Assembly (NCBI GenBank): GCA_045804485.1
Contig: JBJMNA010000028.1
Coordinates: 1 to 39,223, forward strand
Length of the DNA: 39,223 nucleotides
Direction of reading: 5' to 3'
Source of the DNA: Chloroflexota bacterium
GTDB lineage: Bacteria; Chloroflexota; Limnocylindria; Limnocylindrales; CSP1-4
Notes under the pieces: model-generated
Seen by the model: only the letters and a program-made list of their open reading frames with translations
Told to the model about the DNA's origin: nothing
Databases searched by the model: none
Program-made: the position numbers and the translations under genes
Shown: positions 17,901 to 25,388 of the stretch, piece after piece
How positions within the stretch are numbered: the first letter of the stretch is position 1
Layout: each line of letters begins with the position of its first letter

Positions 17901-18529
17901 GCGAAGACGTGCGCGATGAGCTCGATGCGATCAGCGGTGCCGTCGCCGACAGGACCGAGCTGCAGGCTCACGCCTCGGTCGACGAGATCCGCAGCGCGGT
18001 CGCGCTGGCGCGAGGCGATCTCAAGGAGGCGCTCGACCGCTCGCAGCGGTCGTATCGACTGATGTTCGCGCCAGACACGACACCGGCTCAGACCGCGATC
18101 CGCGCTGCCTCGGCACTCGGTGACAGGGAAGCCGTGAAGGAAGCGCTCGCCGCCATGGCCGGCCAGCCCGGTCGCGTTCTCGATGTCTGCCGGCGCGAGG
18201 GCGAGGCGGCGCTTGCGGTGCTCGAGGGTCGGCGTGACGAGGGATCGGCCGGTTTCGTCGATGCGACGCGTCGGTGGCGCGAGCTCGGTTTCGAATACGA
18301 CGGTGCAGTGTGTGCGCTCACGATGGTCGTGCTCCTCGGGCCGGACGATCCCGCTATCCCAGCCGCCGCCGAGTTCGCGGCGTCGGTGTTCGACCGGCTC
18401 GGGTCCGAGCCGAACCAGAGGCGGCTGGCTGCTGCGCTCGAGCCGCTCGCGGAGGGAGCGACGAGCCGACGCGCTCGGGAAAGTACGGGACGCGGCGCCG
18501 CGACCCGTCCGACCGTCCGAGCAGAATGA
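14996..18529 (+). CDS. double zinc-ribbon / class III adenylate-guanylate cyclase / AAA(STAND, AAA_16)-ATPase / TPR-like repeat protein
   Basis: TTG start with GGAGAGG just upstream. There are two CxxC-x10-CxxC ribbons (CPTCGTANEPGRKFCGECG, CPSCGASNAPGVKFCGECG). The cyclase core reads IVFADLVGFT, VEKFIGDAVMAVWG, DLVNTASRLQ. Walker A is GQGGIGKSRL and the Walker B region is VVVLVFEDVQWAD. About 600 aa of helical repeats follow, with no C-terminal LuxR HTH. Confidence 0.9.
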   Translation: MDCPTCGTANEPGRKFCGECGTALATVCPSCGASNAPGVKFCGECGTALRVTTGPGAAGARDTPVAERRLVSIVFADLVGFTALSESRDAETVRELLDRYFATATEIITSYGGTVEKFIGDAVMAVWGAPTAFEDDAERAVRAGLDLVAAVEALGQEVGAELRLRAGVLTGEAAVTIGATNQGMVAGDLVNTASRLQAVAPPGTVLVGEPTFHAASDAIAFEPAGEQVLKGKTAPVPAYRALRVVARRGGSGRIEQLEAPFVGRAPELRMLKDFHVATGAERRPRLVSVIGQGGIGKSRLIWEFQKYMDGVTEVVYWHQGRSPAYGVGISFWALAEMVRSRTGINDGDDPAAARARLSAAIAEWVTDDAERRWMEPRLLQLLGIDPGEDAEATDRESLFAAWRLLFERVAEHGVVVLVFEDVQWADDGLLDFIDHILDWSRERPIYIITSARPELLDRRRDWGAGRRNFTSLVLEPLDPDQMRELLAGLVPGLPATVVDRVLERAEGIPLYAVETVRMLLADGLVALEGSVYRPTGDLSQLSVPASLHALIASRLDGLDPADRSLLQGASVIGKTFTLDALAAVSGVQPDDLVPRLRALVRREMLTLEADPRSPERGQYGFVQGLVREVAYGTLARRDRRRMHVAAARYFESLDDEGIAGALAEHYVAAYKAQPDGAEGSAVAAQARVALRAAAERARSLGSYVQAMRFLEEALDVTTDPVEEAQLHAAAGEAGINAGLIDEPIAHMARALELARASKDRPGLMAAIVRYGRAVNASGHIAEAAALLETARDDYRDLLETAEYVRLANELARSYLLLGRDADALQTVDDILTTSERLDLIRETIELLITRGPALANVGRLREGIVTLVGAVAASRSYALIDAEFRARVNLSFAAAGEDPQLAYRVAREGQELLRRLGVRGWPYMLSNASELAIRIGDWDWAAAEVEEAALLETDLSARMRRAEIRGLRGEDVRDELDAISGAVADRTELQAHASVDEIRSAVALARGDLKEALDRSQRSYRLMFAPDTTPAQTAIRAASALGDREAVKEALAAMAGQPGRVLDVCRREGEAALAVLEGRRDEGSAGFVDATRRWRELGFEYDGAVCALTMVVLLGPDDPAIPAAAEFAASVFDRLGSEPNQRRLAAALEPLAEGATSRRARESTGRGAATRPTVRAE

Positions 18530-18532
18530 ATC

Positions 18533-18561
18533 TTGCAACTCGTGCGCTTTATGCGTAAGGT
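18533..18561 (+). promoter_or_regulatory. candidate promoter (TTGCAA-17-TAAGGT) feeding the dap leader
   Basis: TTGCAA (18533-18538), a 17-nt spacer, then TAAGGT (18556-18561). The ATG at 18569 is 7 nt after the -10, giving a leaderless configuration. Alternatively, AAGG could act as a weak SD on a read-through transcript. Confidence 0.4.
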
Positions 18562-18568
18562 TTGCAGC

Positions 18569-18649
18569 ATGAACCGCCGCACCTTCTCGGAGGAGTCCAA
18601 GAAGAAGCTCTGGCGGCCCTGCCGGGAGGCACGGGCCCTGGGGCTCTAG
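18569..18649 (+). CDS. candidate leader peptide MNRRTFSEESKKKLWRPCREARALGL (three consecutive AAG Lys codons)
   Basis: ATG at 18569 and TAG at 18647-18649. AAG AAG AAG occupies 18599-18607. In-frame alternative starts exist at ATG 18551, GTG 18542 and TTG 18533. The ORF sits between a promoter-like element and a terminator directly upstream of lysine biosynthesis genes. Confidence 0.45.
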   Translation: MNRRTFSEESKKKLWRPCREARALGL

Positions 18650-18700
18650 ACGGCGCGTCGATCGACGAACCGGGCCTCCAGGGAACGGAGGCTCCAGGGG

Positions 18701-18732
18701 CCGCGGCACCACGACGGTGACCGCGGTTTTTT
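18701..18732 (+). terminator. intrinsic terminator/attenuator hairpin with T6 tract upstream of dapB
   Basis: CCGCGGCACC (18701-18710), loop ACGAC, then GGTGACCGCGG (18716-18726). This gives 10 bp with one bulged A and is followed by TTTTTT (18727-18732), a very unusual T-run for this GC content. It lies 54 nt before the dapB ATG. Confidence 0.6.
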
Positions 18733-18786
18733 CATGTCCTGAACCGCCCCCGACCCGACGGCCCCTCCAGCAGGAAGGGACGAACC

Positions 18787-19521
18787 ATGGACACTGTCAC
18801 GGTGCTCGGCGATGGTCCGCTCGGGCGGGCGATCGAGGCCGCCGCGCGCCAAGGTGGGGACGCGGCGCGCGTGCTCGGCCGGCCCCGTGCGCCCGACGGG
18901 CACGCCTCAAAAGACCTTGCTGGGGCCGACGTCATCGTCGACGCATCGCGCGGCGACGCGGTCCGGGCGAACATCGCGGCCGCGCTCGGCGCGGGCTGCC
19001 GCCGGTTCGTCATCGCGACGACGGGCTGGACAGACGACCGACCCCATGTGGAGGCACTCCTGCGGGAACGCGGCGCAGCGGCGGTCGCGGCGTCGAACTT
19101 CAGCATCGGTGTCGTGCTGTTCGGCCGACTCGTGGAGGCGGCGGTCGGGCTGTTCGGCCCGCTTGAGGCCTTCGATCCGTATCTCCTCGAGTGGCACCGC
19201 AGCTCGAAGCGCGACCGGCCGTCCGGCACCGCCATCGACCTCGCCGACCGGATCGCGGACGCGCACCCGAGACTCGCGCGCCGCGCCGATCTCGAGGTCG
19301 TGTCGATCAGGGCGGGCGCGTCGCCCGGGATGCACCTCGTGGGTTTCGATGCCGCAGGCGAGACCGTCGAACTGCGGCTGACCGCGCGCGACCGCTCGGC
19401 ATACGCGGCTGGGGTCCTCGCTGCCGTCGACTGGCTGCGGCGCGCGCCGCGGACACCGGGCCTTCACCCCTTCGACCCGATCGTGGACGAGCTCATCGCC
19501 CGCGACCCCATCGCTGCCTGA
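18787..19521 (+). CDS. dapB: 4-hydroxy-tetrahydrodipicolinate reductase
   Basis: GGAAGGGA RBS 6 nt upstream. N-terminal dinucleotide fold VTVLGDGPLGRAI, and the catalytic region LEWHRSSKRDRPSGTA (E-x-H-H/R-x-x-K-x-D-x-PSGTA motif). Confidence 0.9.
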   Translation: MDTVTVLGDGPLGRAIEAAARQGGDAARVLGRPRAPDGHASKDLAGADVIVDASRGDAVRANIAAALGAGCRRFVIATTGWTDDRPHVEALLRERGAAAVAASNFSIGVVLFGRLVEAAVGLFGPLEAFDPYLLEWHRSSKRDRPSGTAIDLADRIADAHPRLARRADLEVVSIRAGASPGMHLVGFDAAGETVELRLTARDRSAYAAGVLAAVDWLRRAPRTPGLHPFDPIVDELIARDPIAA

Positions 19522-19533
19522 AAGGATCGAGCC

Positions 19534-20511
19534 ATGACACTCCCCGCAACCACCCGCCCGATGCTCCGAGGTGCATTCACCGCCCTGGTCACGCCGTTCA
19601 CGAGTCAAGGCGAGCTCGACGAGCCTGCCTTCCGTCGCCTGGTCCGCTGGCAGGTCCTCGCCGGGATCGATGGGCTCGTCCCGTGCGGGACCACCGGCGA
19701 GGCCCCGACCTTGACCATCGACGAGCGCGAGCGCCTCATCGCCGCGACCGTCGACGTCGTCTCCGAGCGACCATCGCGTGATCGTGTCCGCGTCATCGCC
19801 GGGACCGGCACGAACGACACCGCGGCGACGATCCGGGCCACCCGCCGTGCAGCCGAGCTCGGCGCGGACGCCGCTCTCGTGGTGGCGCCGTACTACAACC
19901 GCCCGGACGCGCGGATGCTCGACTCGCACTTCCGTGCGATCGCCGATGAGGGCGATCTGCCGATCGTCGTCTACAACGTCCCGTCGCGGACGGGAGCGAA
20001 CGTCGACGCGGATACCTTCCTGCGACTCGCCGAGCATCCGCGCGTCATCGCGGTGAAGGAAGCGAGCGGGAACCTCGAGCAGATCGCCCGGATCTGTCGC
20101 GACCGCCCCCGCGACGTGGCGGTGCTCGCCGGGGACGACGCGTGGACGCTGCCGGTGCTCGCGATGGGCGGTGACGGCGTCGTCTCGGTCGCGTCGAACG
20201 AGATCCCGGGCGAGCTCGTCGCCCTCTGCGCTGCGGCGCGCTCGGGCGACTGGGAGGCAACGCGGCGGATCCACGAGCGCTGGCTCCCGCTCTTCCTCGC
20301 CAACTTCCGGGGCGGCCCGAATCCGGTGCCTGCCAAGGCGGCACTCGTGTCGATGGGCTTGCTCGAAACGGACGCCGTGCGGGCGCCGCTCCTGCCGCTC
20401 GAGGCGGCCGCCGCTGCGGCCATGGACGCGACGCTCCGAGCGCTCGGCCTCGTCGAGCCCGCCGGTGGCCGGTTCACCCCGCAGGTCACGCAGACCGAGG
20501 CCGTCGCATGA
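19534..20511 (+). CDS. dapA: 4-hydroxy-tetrahydrodipicolinate synthase
   Basis: TALVTPF, LVPCGTTGEAPTLT, VIAGTGTNDT, APYYNRP, VVYNVPSRTG and the Schiff-base lysine context IAVKEASGN. Confidence 0.93.
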   Translation: MTLPATTRPMLRGAFTALVTPFTSQGELDEPAFRRLVRWQVLAGIDGLVPCGTTGEAPTLTIDERERLIAATVDVVSERPSRDRVRVIAGTGTNDTAATIRATRRAAELGADAALVVAPYYNRPDARMLDSHFRAIADEGDLPIVVYNVPSRTGANVDADTFLRLAEHPRVIAVKEASGNLEQIARICRDRPRDVAVLAGDDAWTLPVLAMGGDGVVSVASNEIPGELVALCAAARSGDWEATRRIHERWLPLFLANFRGGPNPVPAKAALVSMGLLETDAVRAPLLPLEAAAAAAMDATLRALGLVEPAGGRFTPQVTQTEAVA

Positions 20512-21320
20512 TCACCGAGACCACCGGCGCGGCAGCGACCCCGGCCGCTGCCTTCGATCCGCGAACGATCCTCGACGACCTCGAGTCGGGGCGGGTCCGG
20601 GCAGCCGAACCCGACGCGAGCGCGACCGGGGGCTGGCGCGTCCGACCCGACGCGAAGGCGGCGATCCTCGCCTGCTTCGCGGACCGGACGACTGTGGACC
20701 TCGCGGCAGGGCCGCTCCAGTTCCGCGATCGCGCCGCTGTCCCCCCTCGCGACGACATCGCCGGCGGTCCGTGGCGGGTCGTCCCGGGCGGGACGGCCAT
20801 CCGTCGTGGGGCGCATCTCGGAGAAGGCGTCGTCGTCATGCCGCCCTCGTACGTCAACGTCGGCGCGTGGATCGGCGACTGCACGATGGTCGATTCCCAC
20901 GTGCTCGTCGGGTCGTGTGCTCAGATCGGCGCGCGGGTCCATCTCGCGGCCGGCGTGACCATCGGTGGCGTTCTCGAGCCGCCCGGCGCCCGGCCCGTCA
21001 TCGTCGAGGACGACGCGTTCGTCGGCGCCGGCAGCGTCCTGCTCGAAGGCGTCCTCGTCGGGCACGGCGCGGTCATCGGCGCAGGCGTCACGCTGACCGG
21101 TTCGTCGCGGCTCTACGACCTCGTCCGCGGGCGGGTCCTCGCCGGCACCTCCGAGGCGCCGCTTGTCGTGCCGGCGGGTGCGGTCGTCGTGCCCGGGGCG
21201 CGGCGGATGACCGGCGGGTTCGCCGAGGAGCACGGGCTGTCGGTCGCCGTCGCACTGCTCGTCAAGGACCGCGATGCCGGCACGTCAGCACGCGTCGCGC
21301 TCGAGGAGGTCCTTCGATGA
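20508..21320 (+). CDS. dapD: 2,3,4,5-tetrahydropyridine-2,6-dicarboxylate N-acyl(succinyl)transferase
   Basis: Collinear with E. coli DapD: [69 protein letters not shown] versus [68 protein letters not shown]. ATGA overlap with dapA. Confidence 0.9.
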   Translation: [270 protein letters not shown]

Positions 21321-22657
21321 GCCTCGATACGGTCGAAACTGCGCCACCACGGCCGCGCCGGCCCGTCCGGACCGAGATCGCGGACGAACGCCTGCTGGCA
21401 GGGCTCGACCCCGGCCATCTCGCGGCCCGATTCGGGACGCCGCTGTACGTCTACGACCTCGACGTCGTCGAGCGACACCTCGCGGCACTCCAGGCCGACG
21501 TCCCGCCGCGCGTCGACATCGCCTATGCGGTGAAGGCGAACCCCGCTCTCGCCGTCGTCGCGCATCTTGGCGCTCTCGGGACGGGCGCCGACGTCGCATC
21601 AGGTGGCGAGCTGGCGACCGCCCTCCGTGCCGGGATCCCGGCGGGGCGCATCGTGATGACCGGGCCCGGCAAGCGCGACGAGGAGCTGCGCGCGGCCGTC
21701 GAGGCAGGCGTGCGCGCCGTCACGGTCGAATCGCGCGGCGAGCTCGGACGGCTCGAGGCGATCGCCAAGGATGCCGGTCGCGTCCAGCCCGTCCTTCTGC
21801 GGATGGCCGTCGGTGGGCGCGGACGGCTCGAACGCGTCCGCCTCGTCGGTGACGACGGTGCGGGCAAGTTCGGGATGGACTTCGCCGACCTTGCCGAGTC
21901 GGCGGCGGACGCGGTCGCCTCGGGACATCTCGACTTCCTTGGCGTCCATGCGTTCGGGGCATCGAACGTCCTTGACGCGGAGGCGCTCCTCGAGCACGTC
22001 GCGGCGACGGTCCGGGTGGCGCGACGACTAGCGATGCGTGTGGGCACGCCGCTCCGGCTGATCGATGCCGGCGGCGGGCTCGGGATCCCATACGAGGCGG
22101 ATGAGGGAACGCTCGACCTCGGGGCGCTCGGGCGCGGCCTCGCGGCGATCACGGCCAGCTGGGCGCAGGACCCGATCCTCGCCGACGCGCGGCTGCTTCT
22201 CGAACCCGGGCGCTTCCTGGTCGGACCGGCTGGCGCATACCTGGCGCGCGTGGTCGACCGCAAGACCGTCGGCGGCTCGGGCGTCGTCATCCTCGACGGC
22301 GGTGTCCATCACGTCCTGCGGCCGGCGCTCGTCCGGCAGGAGCATCGGATCCATGCGTTCGGGTCGGGCACCGGGCCGACGGTCCCGGTCACGGTCGCGG
22401 GACCGCTGTGCTCCGGCCTCGACGTGTTCGGTCACGGCGTACCGATGACGCCACCGGAGGTCGGCGACCTCGTCGCGATCCTCGATGTCGGCGCCTACGG
22501 CTTCACCGAATCGATGCCGTTCTTCCTGTCGCATCCGATCCCAGCCGAGGTCGCCGTGCGGGCAGGTCAAGCCGTCCTCATCCGACCGCGGCAGGAGCCC
22601 GGAGAGTGGCTGGACAGGCAGCTGCTCCCCGCGTGGGAGTGGTCGGCGGATCGGTAG
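21317..22657 (+). CDS. lysA: diaminopimelate decarboxylase (PLP-dependent, Orn/DAP/Arg decarboxylase family 2)
   Basis: FGTPLYVYD, PLP lysine context AYAVKANP, DVASGGEL, KFGM, IDAGGGLGIPY, LLEPGRFLVGPAG and AGPLCSGLD...VGAYG. ATGA overlap with dapD. Only the last 446 codons of ORF 20171..22657 are used. Confidence 0.9.
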   Translation: MSLDTVETAPPRPRRPVRTEIADERLLAGLDPGHLAARFGTPLYVYDLDVVERHLAALQADVPPRVDIAYAVKANPALAVVAHLGALGTGADVASGGELATALRAGIPAGRIVMTGPGKRDEELRAAVEAGVRAVTVESRGELGRLEAIAKDAGRVQPVLLRMAVGGRGRLERVRLVGDDGAGKFGMDFADLAESAADAVASGHLDFLGVHAFGASNVLDAEALLEHVAATVRVARRLAMRVGTPLRLIDAGGGLGIPYEADEGTLDLGALGRGLAAITASWAQDPILADARLLLEPGRFLVGPAGAYLARVVDRKTVGGSGVVILDGGVHHVLRPALVRQEHRIHAFGSGTGPTVPVTVAGPLCSGLDVFGHGVPMTPPEVGDLVAILDVGAYGFTESMPFFLSHPIPAEVAVRAGQAVLIRPRQEPGEWLDRQLLPAWEWSADR

Positions 22658-22726
22658 CGAGTTCTTCATCGTTCCGAGCACTGCATCGCTACCGGCGCGC
22701 CCTAACGTCAGGTGGAGAGACCCGGT

Positions 22727-23239
22727 ATGGGTCGCGCACCGAGAAGGACCGCCGCCCCGATGCTCCCCGATGCACCCGCCCACCACCCGCTCGACTCGAC
22801 TGACGACCTTCCGCTCATCGCCGAACGTCTCCGGCTCGGACTCCCGCTTCGAGGTTTCGATGGCCGCGAGATCCCGCTTCGCGCACCGGACGGCACATGC
22901 TTGAGCGCGACCGAGGCCGCGCATCGCCTTCTCCTCTCGGGCGCAAGCCTGCTGTCCCGCGACTACGCGGATCCGTTCGTGTTCGCGGCGTTGGCGCGCG
23001 CCGGCGAGATCGAAGCGAAGGCCTCCATGGCCGGTGACGCGTCGACTGTCATCGTCGCCAAGGTGACGGCGGTCCTCGTGAGCGCAGCGGTGCGCGCGTC
23101 CGTCATCGCCCGCGGCTCGGACGTCAGCCCGAGCGCGATCAACCGCGCGACGCTCTCCTGGTACGAGATGAGCCATCTTCGCCGCCGTGAGCTGCTGATG
23201 GCAGAGTGCGCGGTTGGCGAGGAGCGCCGATCCGCCTGA
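22727..23239 (+). CDS. hypothetical protein
   Basis: The ATG at 22727 is preceded by GGTGGAGAG. Composition is protein-like, unlike the Arg-rich antisense ORF 22028..23302. No recognisable motif. Confidence 0.4.
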   Translation: MGRAPRRTAAPMLPDAPAHHPLDSTDDLPLIAERLRLGLPLRGFDGREIPLRAPDGTCLSATEAAHRLLLSGASLLSRDYADPFVFAALARAGEIEAKASMAGDASTVIVAKVTAVLVSAAVRASVIARGSDVSPSAINRATLSWYEMSHLRRRELLMAECAVGEERRSA

Positions 23240-23249
23240 CCCGACCCGG

Positions 23250-23645
23250 TCAGCCCGTCCCGAACAGTCGCACGGCGATCCCGAGGAGGAAGATCCCGGC
23301 AACGACGGCCCACGCGTCCCGCTGCCGCATCAGGCGTCCCGTTTCCGGACGTGCGGTGCGCAACCCGACGACATACCCGATCGGCAGCACGACGACGGCA
23401 ACGACGCCGTAGAGCAAGTGCAGTCCGTCAGCCGGCCGATGGTCGGTCGCGAGGAGGAGCAGGCCTGACGCGACCGCGATCATCACGGACGCGAGCACGA
23501 CGATGAACAGCCGGTCGACCGCGAACCTGTGATCGGCCCGGCCCCCTGACCGTCGCCCCGTGGCGACCGACCACGCTCCGACGGCGACCAGAGCGCCCGA
23601 GAGAGCGACCATCAGCCAGCCAAGCAGCTGATGCGAACTTGTCAC
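23250..23645 (-). CDS. small integral membrane protein (about 4 TM helices)
   Basis: GTG at 23645 (VTSSHQLLGWLMVALSGALVAVGAWSV...), followed by hydrophobic helices LFIVVLASVMIAVASGLLLLA, LLYGVVAVVVLPIGYVVGL and AVVAGIFLLGIAVRLF. The upstream part of ORF 23250..24041 overlaps qcrC and was discarded. Confidence 0.45.
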   Translation of the reverse strand: MTSSHQLLGWLMVALSGALVAVGAWSVATGRRSGGRADHRFAVDRLFIVVLASVMIAVASGLLLLATDHRPADGLHLLYGVVAVVVLPIGYVVGLRTARPETGRLMRQRDAWAVVAGIFLLGIAVRLFGTG

Positions 23646-23742
23646 GTGTCGTCTGTCCCTCGCAAGGGCGTTCTTCGCGCCACATCTCGATGCTGTGACA
23701 ACCGGGCCCCCGTCCAGATCGCGGCACACGGAGAGCCACACT

Positions 23743-24528
23743 GTGACAGGTCGTCGCATGCGCGAGATGGGCGGGATAGCGGCCGTGGTCGTGCTCGTCG
23801 GACTTGCCTGGGCGACGACGGTCGGGCCCCTCGTCGCGAGCAGCCCGGAGCAGGCTGCGGCGGCCGATCCGAGCCAGTCGGTGCAGATGGCCGCCGGCGC
23901 GGCGCGGTATGAGGCGAGCTGCGCGGCGTGCCACGGCATCGGCGGCGTCGGGACTGCGTCGGGGCCGTCACTGATCGGCGTCGGTGCCGCGTCGGTCGAC
24001 TTCATGCTGCGGACCGGCCGGATGCCGCTGCCGGAACCCAACGCCCAGATGACGCCGAAGCGCCCCGCCTACGACGACCCGACGATCCAGTCGATCGTCG
24101 CGTACGTGTCATCGCTCGGCGATGGGCCACCGATCCCCGGCGTCCAGGTGACATCGGCAACCGATATCGCAGCGGGACGCGCCGCCTATGTCGCGACATG
24201 TGCCGCCTGTCACGGGGCAGGGGCGACGGGTGATGCGGTCGGTGGCGGTGCCGTCGCCCCGCCGTTGCTGGGCACGGCCCCGACCCAGATCGGCGAGGCC
24301 ATCCGCACGGGGCCGGGCGCGATGCCGGCATTCGGCCCGGGGCAGGTGTCGGACGAGCAGATGTCCGAGATCGCCGGCTATCTCGCGTTCGTGCGAGACA
24401 AGGCGGCGCCGGGCGGCCAACCGATCGGCGGCGTCGGGCCGGTCGCCGAGGGCTACGTCGCCTGGATCGTCTACCTCGTCGGCCTGCTCGTGGCTGCCCG
24501 CTGGATCGAACGTCGGGCGCATCGGTGA
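23743..24528 (+). CDS. qcrC: cytochrome bc1 complex diheme cytochrome c subunit
   Basis: GTG at 23743 with GGAGAG 7 nt upstream (ATG at 23758 is an alternative). It has an N-terminal TM/signal, two CxxCH haem motifs (CAACHG twice) and a C-terminal TM anchor (YVAWIVYLVGLLVAARWI). Confidence 0.88.
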   Translation: MTGRRMREMGGIAAVVVLVGLAWATTVGPLVASSPEQAAAADPSQSVQMAAGAARYEASCAACHGIGGVGTASGPSLIGVGAASVDFMLRTGRMPLPEPNAQMTPKRPAYDDPTIQSIVAYVSSLGDGPPIPGVQVTSATDIAAGRAAYVATCAACHGAGATGDAVGGGAVAPPLLGTAPTQIGEAIRTGPGAMPAFGPGQVSDEQMSEIAGYLAFVRDKAAPGGQPIGGVGPVAEGYVAWIVYLVGLLVAARWIERRAHR

Positions 24529-25388
24529 GCGAGACGCGACCGAGGGCCACGAGGCCCCGCAGCGAATGGTTCGTCGCTGCCCTGTTCTGCGTGACGGGGC
24601 TCAGTGGGCTGCTGCTTCTCGGCGTCTATGTCGCCGGCGGGCAGACGCAGATCGAGGGCGTGCTCCTGGCAGTCGCGCTCGGTGCGCTCGGTGCCGGCAT
24701 CGTCGTCTGGGCGCGCGACCTCATCGTGTCGCCGGTCGTCATCGAGGAGCGGCACCCGATGGGCTCGCCGGAGGCGATCCGCGACGTCACCGCCGACCTC
24801 GACCCGGACGGAAGCATCAGCCGGCGGAAGCTGCTCCTCGGCACGCTGCTCGTGGCGCTCGGCGGCCTTGGGGCGGCGCTGCTCATCCCCGTCCTGTCAC
24901 TCGGGCCGGCGCCCGGCCAGGAGCTGTTCACGACCGGTTGGCGCCGCGGCAGCCGGGTCGTCGGCGCCAACGGCCAGCCGGTCGGCGCCGCTGACATCCC
25001 TTTCGACAGCTACCTGACGGTCTTCCCCGAGGGCCAGGTCGGATCCGCCGACAGCCAGACCGTGCTCATCCACGTCCACCCGGAGGAACTCCAGCTGGCC
25101 CCGGACCGGATGGCCTGGGCCCCCGAGGGCTTCGTGGCCTATTCGAAGGTGTGCACGCACGCCGGCTGCCCGGTCGGGCTCTACCGCGCGGAAGACCGCC
25201 GGCTCATCTGCCCGTGCCACCAATCGACCTTCGACGTGCTCCGCGGCGCCGTGCCGGTCTACGGGCCGGCGGCGCGGCCGCTCCCCCAGCTTCCGATCCG
25301 ACTCGCGGCCGATGGCACGTTCACCGCCGACGGCGACTTTCCGGAGCCGGTCGGACCGAGCTTCTGGAACATGTCGAGCCAGGGATGA
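24525..25388 (+). CDS. qcrA: cytochrome bc1 complex Rieske iron-sulfur subunit
   Basis: Three N-terminal TM helices including the RRKLLLGTLL Tat-like segment. The Rieske boxes are CTHAGCPV and CPCHQSTF. GTGA overlap with qcrC. Confidence 0.9.
   Translation: MSETRPRATRPRSEWFVAALFCVTGLSGLLLLGVYVAGGQTQIEGVLLAVALGALGAGIVVWARDLIVSPVVIEERHPMGSPEAIRDVTADLDPDGSISRRKLLLGTLLVALGGLGAALLIPVLSLGPAPGQELFTTGWRRGSRVVGANGQPVGAADIPFDSYLTVFPEGQVGSADSQTVLIHVHPEELQLAPDRMAWAPEGFVAYSKVCTHAGCPVGLYRAEDRRLICPCHQSTFDVLRGAVPVYGPAARPLPQLPIRLAADGTFTADGDFPEPVGPSFWNMSSQG

Noticed and set aside
18530-18786. Possible L-box (lysine) riboswitch upstream of dapB
   Set aside because: I could not find the conserved L-box core elements (such as the AGAGGxGC-type 5' strand) or the multi-helix junction layout. 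The region is better explained by a mini-ORF plus terminator. A covariance-model scan is still needed to be certain.
20171-22657. 828-aa ORF suggesting a large fusion protein ending in LysA
   Set aside because: The first ~380 codons overlap dapA/dapD in another frame and are Arg-rich nonsense. The real lysA starts at ATG 21317, overlapping the dapD stop. The same logic applies to ORFs 6705..8240, 25151..26767, 25714..27615, 26658..29231, 27686..29605, 11945..13663 and 32446..34251.
23250-23645. Divergent 4-TM gene as the missing ctaE (oxidase subunit III)
   Set aside because: It is too short (about 131 aa) and lacks recognisable subunit III sequence features. It is kept as a generic membrane protein.
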